Notes: generated by a model from the letters alone, not told the origin. A stretch of 64,000 nt of DNA from Candidatus Liptonbacteria bacterium (GCA_023244895.1 JAHFLL010000001.1:404741-468740), one strand, 5' to 3'; positions 37,465 to 46,000 are shown, counted from the stretch's first letter. Numbers and translations are program-made.

Positions 37465-38475
37465 TTATCTTGCTTTATGGGATAGCTCAAATAACTTGTC
37501 CTTTATGCTTTCAAACTGGGCTCTAGTAATTGGATATGGTGTACCCCCGCCATGATTGAAAGAGTTTGAAAATGGCTCGCTGAATTCTCCCTGTTTCCCA
37601 AATTTCAGCTCAATATCCTTCTTGGACTTTTTCTTTATCTCAAAATCAACAAAGTGAGGCCAGTGCCGGTTATTTATTTCCAGGGTCCTTCTCTGATCTT
37701 CAAAAAATGTCCCCCTGTGGTTGTCGAGCGCCATATAATACGGTTCGACAATACTGCAAATGTAGTATCTGTAAATAGTTATCTCCGTCTTAGGGTTTTT
37801 GGGCATAGCCATACTATTCCCGGCCTTACCGAATATAAAAAGTATCTTGTCGCCTTTCTGCATATCCAGAATATGCGGCAATGCTTTTGCATGCTGTCGG
37901 AATGCCCAGAACGGCTTAGAGGGCTTACTCTTGAGCATCCTATCAAAGTTCTTCACCGCAGGGCCATTGGCTCCTCCTTTTAAGAATACGACCCAATATT
38001 GACTCTTGCTTGAAAGATTCTTGCTCTCGGCCTGATAAATTAGAGACTCCCGCGAGAGCCGAGAAATATTTTCCGCGACCCAATCGGCAAAATCATCATG
38101 GTCAATGGCTACAACGTCTATCCCCTCATATGTCTTTAAATCAGTCTCCCCAAGGACAACAACAAAACCATCTTTTTCTTTTATATATCTTTTCTGATTG
38201 TCTTTCTTAAAATCGGTTAAATGCCATTTGACCTCTACCGGTATGCCGTTCTGCCGTTTTTTAAAAAAGATCTCCAGGTCGGCTCGATAACGAGCTTCTG
38301 TCTTGGACCCTTCGGGTACAATAAGATTTATCTGATCTTTTTGGAGTCTTTCCGGAAGCAATTTTCTCCTCTGGCCAGAATCACCAAAATAATATCTTTC
38401 GAAAAGATAACGGTGGATCAGCTTTTCGTTAAAGGCATTTCGGTTGATCTTTTTGAAGATATCCAGTCCGCTCAT
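37465..38475 (-). CDS. Putative type II restriction endonuclease (N-terminal PD-(D/E)xK: RADLEIF...PVEVKW)
   Basis: 336 aa, located immediately upstream of dcm on the same strand. It has a D-x12-EVK motif. This is an inference. Confidence 0.5.
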   Translation of the reverse strand: MSGLDIFKKINRNAFNEKLIHRYLFERYYFGDSGQRRKLLPERLQKDQINLIVPEGSKTEARYRADLEIFFKKRQNGIPVEVKWHLTDFKKDNQKRYIKEKDGFVVVLGETDLKTYEGIDVVAIDHDDFADWVAENISRLSRESLIYQAESKNLSSKSQYWVVFLKGGANGPAVKNFDRMLKSKPSKPFWAFRQHAKALPHILDMQKGDKILFIFGKAGNSMAMPKNPKTEITIYRYYICSIVEPYYMALDNHRGTFFEDQRRTLEINNRHWPHFVDFEIKKKSKKDIELKFGKQGEFSEPFSNSFNHGGGTPYPITRAQFESIKDKLFELSHKAR

Positions 38476-38610
38476 TAAAATCTCTTATGTTTTTTATGAC
38501 CTACCCCTTCTTCCAATCCCTGATGGTGAATCCGCCGGGGGGAAGTTTTGGGCTCTTATTTACCTTAAATAATATGCCCCTCTTTTGGCTTTAGCAAGAA
38601 TAAAATTCAA

Positions 38611-38694
38611 GGCAGTAAGTAGATAGTAGCAAGTAGTAGGTAGAAGGCGGAGTATATAAAAAAGAACCAGCCCCGGACGCGCGTCGCGCCGGGG
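38611..38694. repeat. Composite repeat copy 1: C-depleted GTAG/TAGAAG tract + 48-bp terminator module (GCGGAGTATATAA..CCCCGGACGCGCGTCGCGCCGGGG)
   Basis: 47 of 48 bp match 39974..40021. On the minus strand this is a hairpin plus T-run terminating the PNP gene. Confidence 0.55.
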
Positions 38695-38726
38695 CCGGAA
38701 TAGAATCCGTCTGACTTCTCCGCCAC

Positions 38727-39614
38727 TTACGCCGCTTCGCTCCGGCGGTAGAGCTCGAAGAACCTGAGGAAGATCTTGGCGACACGCCGGCGGACCGGCG
38801 GGCTCTTCAAGACCCTCACGACCTCCTCGTGATTGGTCGCGTTTGTGCCATCCTTCTTGGTTGTATTGGACACGATGGAAACGGCGAGCGTGCGCAGACC
38901 GCGATTGGTCGCGACGATCACTTCGGGCGCGGTAGACATGCCCATCGCGTCCCCGCCCAGAATCCGAATCGCACGGACCTCCGCGGGGGTCTCGTAGGTC
39001 CGTCCGGTCTGGACGAAGAGCACGCCCCTGTGGACACGCCGAGACTCTCGCACGATTGCGGCCGCGCGGTGGAACATACTGCGCAGCTTCAGGTCGTACG
39101 TGCCGACCTTGGGGTACATGGGCTGGAAGTACCAGTTGCTCCCAAAGTCCAAATGCGGTCCGAGAAGCGGGTTGGGCATCGCGAGAGCGATGTGGTCCGT
39201 GACCACCATCAGATCTCCGACCTTGTAGGACATGTTCGCCGCGCCGACTGCGTTGGTCGACATGTAGATCTGGACACCGAGCTCCGCCATCACCTGGACG
39301 GCGAGGGTAACCCACCACATCGCCCGCGGGTCGGGAGCGGCGTTGTAGTAGTGCTCCCGGCCGGACAAGGCGAAAACGGGCACGCCAGCGATGGTCCCGT
39401 AGATCAGCTCGCCCTTGTGCCCCGGAGCGCTCACGCCCGGGAAACCGGGAATCAGCCGATACGGGATCACAACCTCCTTCACCATCTGCTCGGCGAGGTC
39501 GTCCATCCCCGAGCCTAGCGTGAGCGAAATCTTGGGCATGGGGCCATTCACCCTGCTCCGGATGTAGGCTGCCGCCGCCCGAACCTTGGCCACGTAGACT
39601 TTCGGCGAGATCAT
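38727..39614 (-). CDS. Purine nucleoside phosphorylase (PunA/MTAP family), GC-rich foreign cassette
   Basis: 295 aa with GSGMDDLAE, SGREHYY and MGMSTAPEVIVA...NHEEV. A strong SD (GGGAGG) lies upstream. The gene is markedly GC-richer than the genome. Confidence 0.8.
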   Translation of the reverse strand: MISPKVYVAKVRAAAAYIRSRVNGPMPKISLTLGSGMDDLAEQMVKEVVIPYRLIPGFPGVSAPGHKGELIYGTIAGVPVFALSGREHYYNAAPDPRAMWWVTLAVQVMAELGVQIYMSTNAVGAANMSYKVGDLMVVTDHIALAMPNPLLGPHLDFGSNWYFQPMYPKVGTYDLKLRSMFHRAAAIVRESRRVHRGVLFVQTGRTYETPAEVRAIRILGGDAMGMSTAPEVIVATNRGLRTLAVSIVSNTTKKDGTNATNHEEVVRVLKSPPVRRRVAKIFLRFFELYRRSEAA

Positions 39615-39837
39615 CTCTCAGTCCCTCCCTGTTATGCCTCACGGAATAATATCAAAACCGTTTCGGATAGCTCCTCGCGGCTCATCACATCATTATGCAG
39701 TCAGGTATAAAAATCAATGTAGTAAGCGAAAGTAGAGGCTAGTAGCTAGAAGGTAGTAGGTAGCGAGCAAAATGAACCTAAACGGGAAAACACTGCTCAT
39801 CTCTCACTAACCCTATCTCCCCCAACTCACACCCCCG

Positions 39838-40021
39838 TGGTGGGTACTATACTACGGTATAGCGGAGGATAGTAGGTAGAATATATAAGGTAGAAGTTGG
39901 AAGATGGGAAGTGGTAGGTAAAAAGCGAGGGGTAGAAGTTAGAAGATAGAAGTTGGAAGGTAGAAAGTAGAATGCGGAGTATATAAGAAAGAACCAGCCC
40001 CGGACGCGCGTCGCGCCGGGG
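39838..40021. repeat. Composite repeat copy 2: 23-bp palindromic motif + C-depleted purine tract + 48-bp terminator module
   Basis: GGTACTATACTACGGTATAGCGG, then about 100 nt with almost no C (GGTAGAAGTTAGAAGATAGAAG...), then the terminator module for the lipoprotein gene. Confidence 0.55.
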
Positions 40022-40041
40022 CGGTCAATCTCATCATCCTA

Positions 40042-40746
40042 CTAGTCATAGAAGCGCGTCACCGGGGAGTAGTGCTCCCGGATGAAGGCGTTGAAGCAGG
40101 GACCTTCCTTCTGGCCACAGGCAAGCCAGCCTCTATACATAGTGGCACCGACCGGGTCCAGGTTGCGGCCCGCCCTCACTAGAGCAGAGACGGTATAGCG
40201 GCAGGTCCTGTCCCATGCGGTGACCTCGGAGGCGATCAGCGCCTCCTTACCGTCCACGTTGTCACAGCCACTCGCAAGATGCTCCAGCTCGTGGAGAAGA
40301 CCGATCACGATCGAGACTTCGAAGGTCTGCGGCGTGACCTTTCCGCTTCGATAGAACTGTAGCTGGGCCGGTACGAAGATCCGGAGCACGGGATTGCCAC
40401 CCCGAGCATCGCAACCGGCCAAGACGTCTCTGGAGCGGTTATTGAAGGACGTGCTGGCCTCGATGGCGAACACCTTGCCGTAGCGCTCAGCGCTCCGCCT
40501 GGAGAGCTCCAGATAACGGTTGTTGATGTCCGAAACCGAATACCTGGCCCGGAGCACCTCCTCCATCACGGTCCGGTTGAAGTGGGAGTCCCAGAACGCG
40601 TGGAGCTCCTCGTCCGAGAACTTGCGCTCCACCCTCTCCGCCACGGTGGGGGTGGGTTCATTCTTCTTGTCTATGGGGCAACCAAGAACCAGAAGAATGG
40701 TCGTCAGAAACAGGATGCGCGCCGTTCTTCCGCGTCGCATGGACAC
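40042..40746 (-). CDS. Lipoprotein with HExxH zinc-metallopeptidase motif, GC-rich cassette
   Basis: Signal peptide with lipobox LVLGC, HELEH motif, and an SD (AGGGGAGG) before a GTG/ATG start. Confidence 0.55.
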   Translation of the reverse strand: MSMRRGRTARILFLTTILLVLGCPIDKKNEPTPTVAERVERKFSDEELHAFWDSHFNRTVMEEVLRARYSVSDINNRYLELSRRSAERYGKVFAIEASTSFNNRSRDVLAGCDARGGNPVLRIFVPAQLQFYRSGKVTPQTFEVSIVIGLLHELEHLASGCDNVDGKEALIASEVTAWDRTCRYTVSALVRAGRNLDPVGATMYRGWLACGQKEGPCFNAFIREHYSPVTRFYD

Positions 40747-40895
40747 AGGTTGCCTCCCCTATTGTTTTGCCGTCATTGCGGCGATGGTAAACGAACCGAC
40801 CATATAATACAATTTTTCATGTAAAACACAAGATAACCCTCTTTCATTAATTATCTAGCCCCTCACGTCCCCAGCTTGACTAGGACATAGCACCA

Positions 40896-41064
40896 GGTAA
40901 CAAGTAGTGGCTAGTAATTAGTATTGAATAACGGTGAGTTAGAAGACGGTGGTTGGTAGTTAGAACGTGGAAAGTGGAACGTAGAACTACTGCCACTACT
41001 ACAATCATAATTCCGCTTACTCATCCATCAACCCCCACAGTGGGCACTATACTACGGTATAGTT
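40896..41064. repeat. Third copy of purine-rich tract + 23-bp palindromic motif (GTGGGCACTATACTACGGTATAG)
   Basis: Same orientation as the copy at 39842, and upstream of the plus-strand gene 41153. Confidence 0.45.
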
Positions 41065-41152
41065 ATCCACAGATAGGCATTGACGCACAGACTGGACGGC
41101 TATAGTTTTAAATCAGCCCCCGAAACGTTAACCTCTTTCAAGGAGCAGTGTC

Positions 41153-41392
41153 ATGGGTAGCAACAACACGCCACGGTACGAGGAAGACACTCGGCAGGTC
41201 TCCTCGGCCACCAGTGCGGCGGGCATGGCAGCGGCAGTCATGATTGCCGGGCCGTTCGCAGCGCTGTTCGTCGATCCGAACGACAAGTGGGAGCACACCA
41301 TCACCGATACCCAGACTGGTAACCAGGTTGTGGGTACCGGGAGCACCCCGCAAGAAGCTCGCGACGAAGCCCTGGGCAACATGCGTCGCTAA
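41153..41392 (+). CDS. Small hypothetical protein (79 aa), GC-rich
   Basis: AAGGAG sits 7 nt upstream of the ATG. No recognised family. Confidence 0.45.
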   Translation: MGSNNTPRYEEDTRQVSSATSAAGMAAAVMIAGPFAALFVDPNDKWEHTITDTQTGNQVVGTGSTPQEARDEALGNMRR

Positions 41393-41564
41393 TCGTTTAG
41401 CGAACATCCAGCCCGGATATAAAAAGAGGTACAGACACAAAAGTAAGGCAAGAAAGGGGCAAAATAGCCCGCCGCAATTAGCGGAAAATCCACAAGGCGC
41501 ATATTACGCGCGAGCCCCGGCTATTGCTAACGCACCCGGGGTTTTTGAATATTAAAATCAACAC

Positions 41565-41612
41565 AAAAAGCGAGACCCCGGACGCAGCACGATGCTGGCC
41601 GGGGCCCGAACT
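41565..41612 (-). terminator. GC hairpin terminator related to the CCCCGG..CCGGGG module
   Basis: Minus-strand GGGCCCCGGCCAGCA..TGCTGCGTCCGGGG followed by a T-rich run, located after the zinc-ribbon gene. Confidence 0.35.
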
Positions 41613-41631
41613 CTTCTCCACGCACAGAACG

Positions 41632-41895
41632 CTATTGCGGAGGCCAGATGGACTCGTCCTCGCAGACGGGACACTCGTAGCGATCTCCTCGCCTGGCCGA
41701 CTCTGGCAACTGCTTGTCGCAATTGGGGCAGACCGGTACCAAAACAGTGTCCTCGTTGGCGGGCAGTCGGCAACATTGCGGGCAGTAGCCCGCAACCTTG
41801 CCGTTTCGATCTTCTACCCTCTCCAGCAACCCTCCGCACGCCTTGTGCGCGGACCACCACTCTGTCGGCTTCAAGGCGATCGCCAGAACGCTCAT
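41632..41895 (-). CDS. Zinc-ribbon mini-protein (CPQCC...CPNC...CPVC)
   Basis: 87 aa with a strong SD (GGGAGGAG) and three CxxC pairs. Confidence 0.5.
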   Translation of the reverse strand: MSVLAIALKPTEWWSAHKACGGLLERVEDRNGKVAGYCPQCCRLPANEDTVLVPVCPNCDKQLPESARRGDRYECPVCEDESIWPPQ

Positions 41896-41908
41896 CCGAT
41901 TCTCCTCC

Positions 41909-42118
41909 CTAGCACCTGGTGCAGGATGTCACGGTGCAGTAGGTCTTGGATTCCGGTCCGCCGCTTCTGCGAGCGCTGTCGTTGCAGCCCTCGCAGACCA
42001 GGGCGTTTCCACCCCGGACCAGACCCGCGCCATTGCAGTGCGAGCACTTCTCGCCCTTCTTCCCGCCGCTCCCTCGGCAGAAGGAGCAATTCATGACCGG
42101 GACGTCTCCGAGCGCCAT
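41909..42118 (-). CDS. DnaJ-type zinc-finger mini-protein (CxxCxGxG repeats)
   Basis: Start taken at MALGDV with the SD GGGGGA. Motifs CSFCRGSGG, CSHCNGAG and CEGCN. Confidence 0.45.
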   Translation of the reverse strand: MALGDVPVMNCSFCRGSGGKKGEKCSHCNGAGLVRGGNALVCEGCNDSARRSGGPESKTYCTVTSCTRC

Positions 42119-42200
42119 GATGTCCCCCAATCCAGACACGGGATGTGTCTGCTGGAGATAGATTTTGATACAACCAGAAACAAAGTCAACGCCCAAGCGG

Positions 42201-43688
42201 TTAAAGCTCTCCCAAATCCAAGGTCTGGTCTATTCTTATTTTTTGCACAAAGTCCGGCACGTGGCTGACTAATATCATCGCGCCCTCGTAGCGATGTAAG
42301 GCTTCCGCTATAACCGGGATGTGGCGAAAGTTGATGTGATTAGTGGGTTCGTCCAAAATCAATAAACCCGGATGCTGTAAAGTAATTGCCGCAAAAGCAA
42401 CCAGGCCCTTTTGCCCTTCGGACAGAGCTCCTATCTTAGTTTTTAAAATATTGGCGTCCAATAAAAAGCCCGCCGCGTGAGAACGCAAAGACTCTATCGT
42501 CCCGCCCCGCACCACATCTTTTAGAGCGTCGTAAACGGTCTGCTCAAAATCCAGGGTGGAAAAATCCTGACGATAATACCCAACTCGAATCCCCTCCTGT
42601 ATATGCTCTCCCTTGGCGTGACCACTCGCGAGTTTTTCCAAGAGGGTTGTCTTGCCGATACCATTCGGTCCGGCAAGCAAGAGATGCTCTTTCTTTTTGA
42701 GGTCAATCTTAACTTTCTTTACGACCGGCTTGTGGTCTCTAATAACCGAGACCGAAGAAAGGCTCAAAATAACTCCGGTAATATCTTCCTGGCAGGGAAT
42801 GAAAAATTTACGAATAGTTTTATCTTCCTGACGTCCCTCCACCATATCGCCTTCCAGCTCCACTATTTTCTCATTCATCTTACGCGCCACGTCACGCATA
42901 TGCCCTCCCTTCTGAGCGAAAAAGTTGGCCTGCTCTTTACGGTGCGCGATATCTTTTTCCAGGCGCACATTTTTCATTCTTTCTCTCTCCAGGCGCGCCT
43001 TAATTTCTTCCACCACCGCCAGATAGTTGCCGGGGTACTGCTCCACCTTGCGGGTAAAGCTGTCCAAATAAAGCACTCCATGCGTAAAAGCATTCAAAAA
43101 ATCGGCGTCGTGCGAAATAACAATACAGGTTTTTTTATAATCAATTAGAAACTGGGTTAAGTGCGCGATGCCCTGCTTGTCCAAATTGTTGGTCGGCTCG
43201 TCGAGCAACAGAATATCCGAATCCTGAATCAACGCCTGGGCCAAGAGAATTCTGGCTTGCTGGCCTCCGGAAAAGGTCTTGAGCGCGCGCGTGAGCGGAG
43301 CGGAAAGATGCACCGCTTCCAAAACCTTTTTTACCCTGGGCTCAATATCATAAATCTTTTTAGGGAAGGCGCGCTCAAAAAATTCCAAAACGGAAAGTTC
43401 CAGTTCGCTCCGCGCGATAACCTGGCGGGCGGTCGCAATGCTTAAGCCCTTTTCCACTATCACGTCTCCCTCCTCCGGGGGAAGTTCTCCGGTGATAAGC
43501 TTAAAGATGGTGCTTTTGCCCGCACCATTCTGACCCATTAAAGTAACTTTCGCGCCACGACGCACGGAAAAGCTGGCGCCCGATAGGATTGGCTTTTGAT
43601 GTCCAAACTCAAAAACCACCTCATTGAAGCGAATAATCACCTCGCCGTGGACCGGCTTGGTCTCGATTGTAGCGGAAACTGGTTTCAT
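42201..43688 (-). CDS. ABC-F family ATPase (tandem ABC domains, EttA/Uup-like)
   Basis: 495 aa with two Walker A/signature/Walker B sets and no TM domain. Confidence 0.85.
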   Translation of the reverse strand: MKPVSATIETKPVHGEVIIRFNEVVFEFGHQKPILSGASFSVRRGAKVTLMGQNGAGKSTIFKLITGELPPEEGDVIVEKGLSIATARQVIARSELELSVLEFFERAFPKKIYDIEPRVKKVLEAVHLSAPLTRALKTFSGGQQARILLAQALIQDSDILLLDEPTNNLDKQGIAHLTQFLIDYKKTCIVISHDADFLNAFTHGVLYLDSFTRKVEQYPGNYLAVVEEIKARLERERMKNVRLEKDIAHRKEQANFFAQKGGHMRDVARKMNEKIVELEGDMVEGRQEDKTIRKFFIPCQEDITGVILSLSSVSVIRDHKPVVKKVKIDLKKKEHLLLAGPNGIGKTTLLEKLASGHAKGEHIQEGIRVGYYRQDFSTLDFEQTVYDALKDVVRGGTIESLRSHAAGFLLDANILKTKIGALSEGQKGLVAFAAITLQHPGLLILDEPTNHINFRHIPVIAEALHRYEGAMILVSHVPDFVQKIRIDQTLDLGEL

Positions 43689-43785
43689 AGAAAATTAAGA
43701 CCCCCAAAATTGGGGGCGAACCACCAAAAGACAGCCTGATTATATCAGATATGAGATAAAATGCCAATGCCCGAGGACCCTAGCC

Positions 43786-44121
43786 TTATTCCCCGGGACA
43801 CCTGGCAAACTCGCAATTCGGACCAGTTCTTGCAACAGAGGATCCATCCGCGCAAAGCTTGGCCTCTTGCGTGCAAATAGACGCTCCCCCGCCTACATTT
43901 AAGGGGCCCGGAGCTACCGCTCTGGGGCATTCGGCGAATTCACAGTTAGGACCGGTTCTGCCTACCGCCGAACCATCCGGACATATTTTTGCCTCTTGTG
44001 TACATCCACGCGTGTTCCCGCCATCCGCATAATCTGATTTTCTATACGAAAGAAACAGCGCCATAACGGCCAAGACGACCACCACCGCTCCAACCATCAA
44101 AATCGTAAATCTACTATTCAT
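43786..44121 (-). CDS. Membrane-anchored secreted protein with duplicated CTQEAKxCxDGSxVxRTGPNCEFAxCP module
   Basis: Start at MNSRF (TM anchor), with two near-identical Cys modules. Confidence 0.45.
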   Translation of the reverse strand: MNSRFTILMVGAVVVVLAVMALFLSYRKSDYADGGNTRGCTQEAKICPDGSAVGRTGPNCEFAECPRAVAPGPLNVGGGASICTQEAKLCADGSSVARTGPNCEFARCPGE

Positions 44122-44122
44122 T

Positions 44123-45322
44123 TTATTTATCTTTGTCTTTATTTTTTTTATCCACGACCTTTTTCTCCGCAACCGTGCCCGAGCGGAGGACCATCTTTAG
44201 GTATTTATTACGAGATAATTTCTCTGGCAAGAAACTTTCCGCTCCGTAAGGCTTGTAGTTCTTGCCATAGCCCAACTCCTTCATAAGATCGGTGGGCGCG
44301 TTACGTACTACAAGTGGTACGGGCAAGTTTCCAAACTTCTTTACATCCGCCATGGCCATAAGGTAAGCGTCGTAAGAATTTCGGTTCTTCTGCGCAAGCG
44401 CGAGGTAAGACACGCCGTGCGCCAAGTTTATGGCCGCTTCCGGCAAACCCACCGTTTCCACCGCGCGAAAAACCGCGTTCGCGACCAGAAGCGCGGTAGG
44501 GTGCGCTAGCCCGATGTCTTCCGAAGCAAATACCACCATCCTGCGCGCGATAAACTTGGGGTCCTCGCCGGACTCCACCATGCGCGCCAGGTAATAAAGC
44601 GCCGCATCCGGCTGACTAGCGCGCATACTTTTTATAAAAGCACTAATAACGTTGTAATGCTCATCTCCCTTCTTGTCGAAACGCAAGAATTTATTCTGAA
44701 CCGTATTTTTAAGCGCCTCCAGGTCTATTTTACTATAAAGCGCGGCGGCATTTTCCAGAACGGTGATGGCCTGGCGGGCGTCGCCATTTGCCATGCGCAC
44801 CAGCCAATCCTTCGCGTCCTTGGGTAATTTGATTCCGGTTCTCTTAATTATCTCTCCGATTTCGCCGTCCGATAGTTCGTTCAGAACAAAGACTCGACAA
44901 CGGGAAAGGAGGGCGGGAATAATTTCAAAACTGGGATTCTCGGTGGTGGCCCCGATCAAAACCAAATTTCCCCGCTCCACGTGGGGCAATAAGAAATCCT
45001 GCTGGGCTTTATTGAAACGATGAATCTCGTCCAAAAACAGAATCCGGGGACCGCTCCGCAAGGAGTTATCGTTCACAATATTCTTGATATCCTCCTTACC
45101 CGCGGAAACGGCGGAAAGATCGTAAAGCTTAGCCTCCAAAGAATTGGCGTAGATACGCGCCAGGGTAGTCTTACCCACTCCGGGTGGACCCCAAAGTATA
45201 AAAGAAAAAACATGCTTATTCTTAATGGCAATATTAAGAGGCTTGCCCTCGCCTACCAGGTGCTCCTGCCCTACAAACTCTTTTAGGGTTTTGGGGCGTA
45301 TCTTTGATGCCAATGGCTCCAT
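44123..45322 (-). CDS. rarA: Replication-associated recombination protein A (AAA+ ATPase)
   Basis: 399 aa with GPPGVGKTT, the RarA/MgsA pattern and a C-terminal helical domain. Confidence 0.85.
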   Translation of the reverse strand: MEPLASKIRPKTLKEFVGQEHLVGEGKPLNIAIKNKHVFSFILWGPPGVGKTTLARIYANSLEAKLYDLSAVSAGKEDIKNIVNDNSLRSGPRILFLDEIHRFNKAQQDFLLPHVERGNLVLIGATTENPSFEIIPALLSRCRVFVLNELSDGEIGEIIKRTGIKLPKDAKDWLVRMANGDARQAITVLENAAALYSKIDLEALKNTVQNKFLRFDKKGDEHYNVISAFIKSMRASQPDAALYYLARMVESGEDPKFIARRMVVFASEDIGLAHPTALLVANAVFRAVETVGLPEAAINLAHGVSYLALAQKNRNSYDAYLMAMADVKKFGNLPVPLVVRNAPTDLMKELGYGKNYKPYGAESFLPEKLSRNKYLKMVLRSGTVAEKKVVDKKNKDKDK

Positions 45323-45404
45323 AAGAAAATACTAACACCCTCGCGCCTAAAAGGCACAAGTTTATATATGCGCGATGTATATACGGCGGACCTCCAGAAA
45401 ATTT

Positions 45405-45926
45405 CTACTTTTTCTTTTTAGAAACCTCTTTTTTAGCCACCTTGGCTTTCTTTACAACTTTAACCACGCTCTTCGCATCCTTAGGAGCAGACTTGGTGGC
45501 GGGCCAAACTATTTCCGGCGCAGCTACTTTGGGAGTAGATGACGCGCGATTCGCGGCTCCTACCACCTCAATCAGCTTATCCAATTTGGACATAAGGCTA
45601 TCCAACTGACGCTTGATATCGTCTATGCGACGATCTTCCACCTTGGGCGCAAAAGCCTGAGGAGTCGGGGCGGAAAAATCACGCCGGGGAGACCTACCTT
45701 CTGGCGCGCCACCTCTGTTCAAACCAAAACAGTCGCTACAATAAACCGGGCGGGAACCGTTCGGTTTAAACGGAACCTCACATGATTTACCACACTTATC
45801 GCAAACTGCCGGAAATAACTGAGGCCTATCAAAGCTTCTGCCTTCGGGCCTGCCAAAACTCGGTCTACGATCAAAGCCGCCTCCACCACGTTCTCTCCTA
45901 AATCCTCCTTTTTTGAAATCTTTCAC
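45405..45926 (-). CDS. Basic zinc-ribbon protein (RGG-rich N-terminus, CxxC-x17-CxxC, Lys-rich C-terminus), probable nucleic-acid binder
   Basis: 173 aa with CDKCGKSC...CSDC. Confidence 0.5.
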   Translation of the reverse strand: MKDFKKGGFRRERGGGGFDRRPSFGRPEGRSFDRPQLFPAVCDKCGKSCEVPFKPNGSRPVYCSDCFGLNRGGAPEGRSPRRDFSAPTPQAFAPKVEDRRIDDIKRQLDSLMSKLDKLIEVVGAANRASSTPKVAAPEIVWPATKSAPKDAKSVVKVVKKAKVAKKEVSKKKK

Positions 45927-46000
45927 CTTCTTTGTTTATGACCTGACAACCTATCGACTACCACACCATAGCCTTTTCTTCGCTTTTCGGCAAGCAAAAC

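Noticed and set aside
38560-39642. 360-aa Arg/Gly-rich ORF and 229-aa plus-strand ORF
   Set aside because: These are alternative-frame and antisense readings of the GC-rich PNP gene. The PNP frame has clear family motifs and an SD.
31330-39990. Transposon with terminal inverted repeats
   Set aside because: The inverted similarity between the island ends is real but imperfect. No transposase, integrase or recombinase gene is present in the window, and a third same-orientation copy exists. Kept as a repeat-motif finding rather than a mobile_element call.
39700-41000. CRISPR array hypothesis for the GTAG-rich repeats
   Set aside because: There is no regular repeat-spacer periodicity. The units are degenerate purine microsatellite-like tracts, not 25-40-bp direct repeats with unique spacers.
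41478-42268. Multiple overlapping 90-190-aa ORFs on both strands
   Set aside because: Typical spurious ORFs of GC-rich DNA. Only the frames with SD sequences and CxxC zinc-finger architecture were kept.
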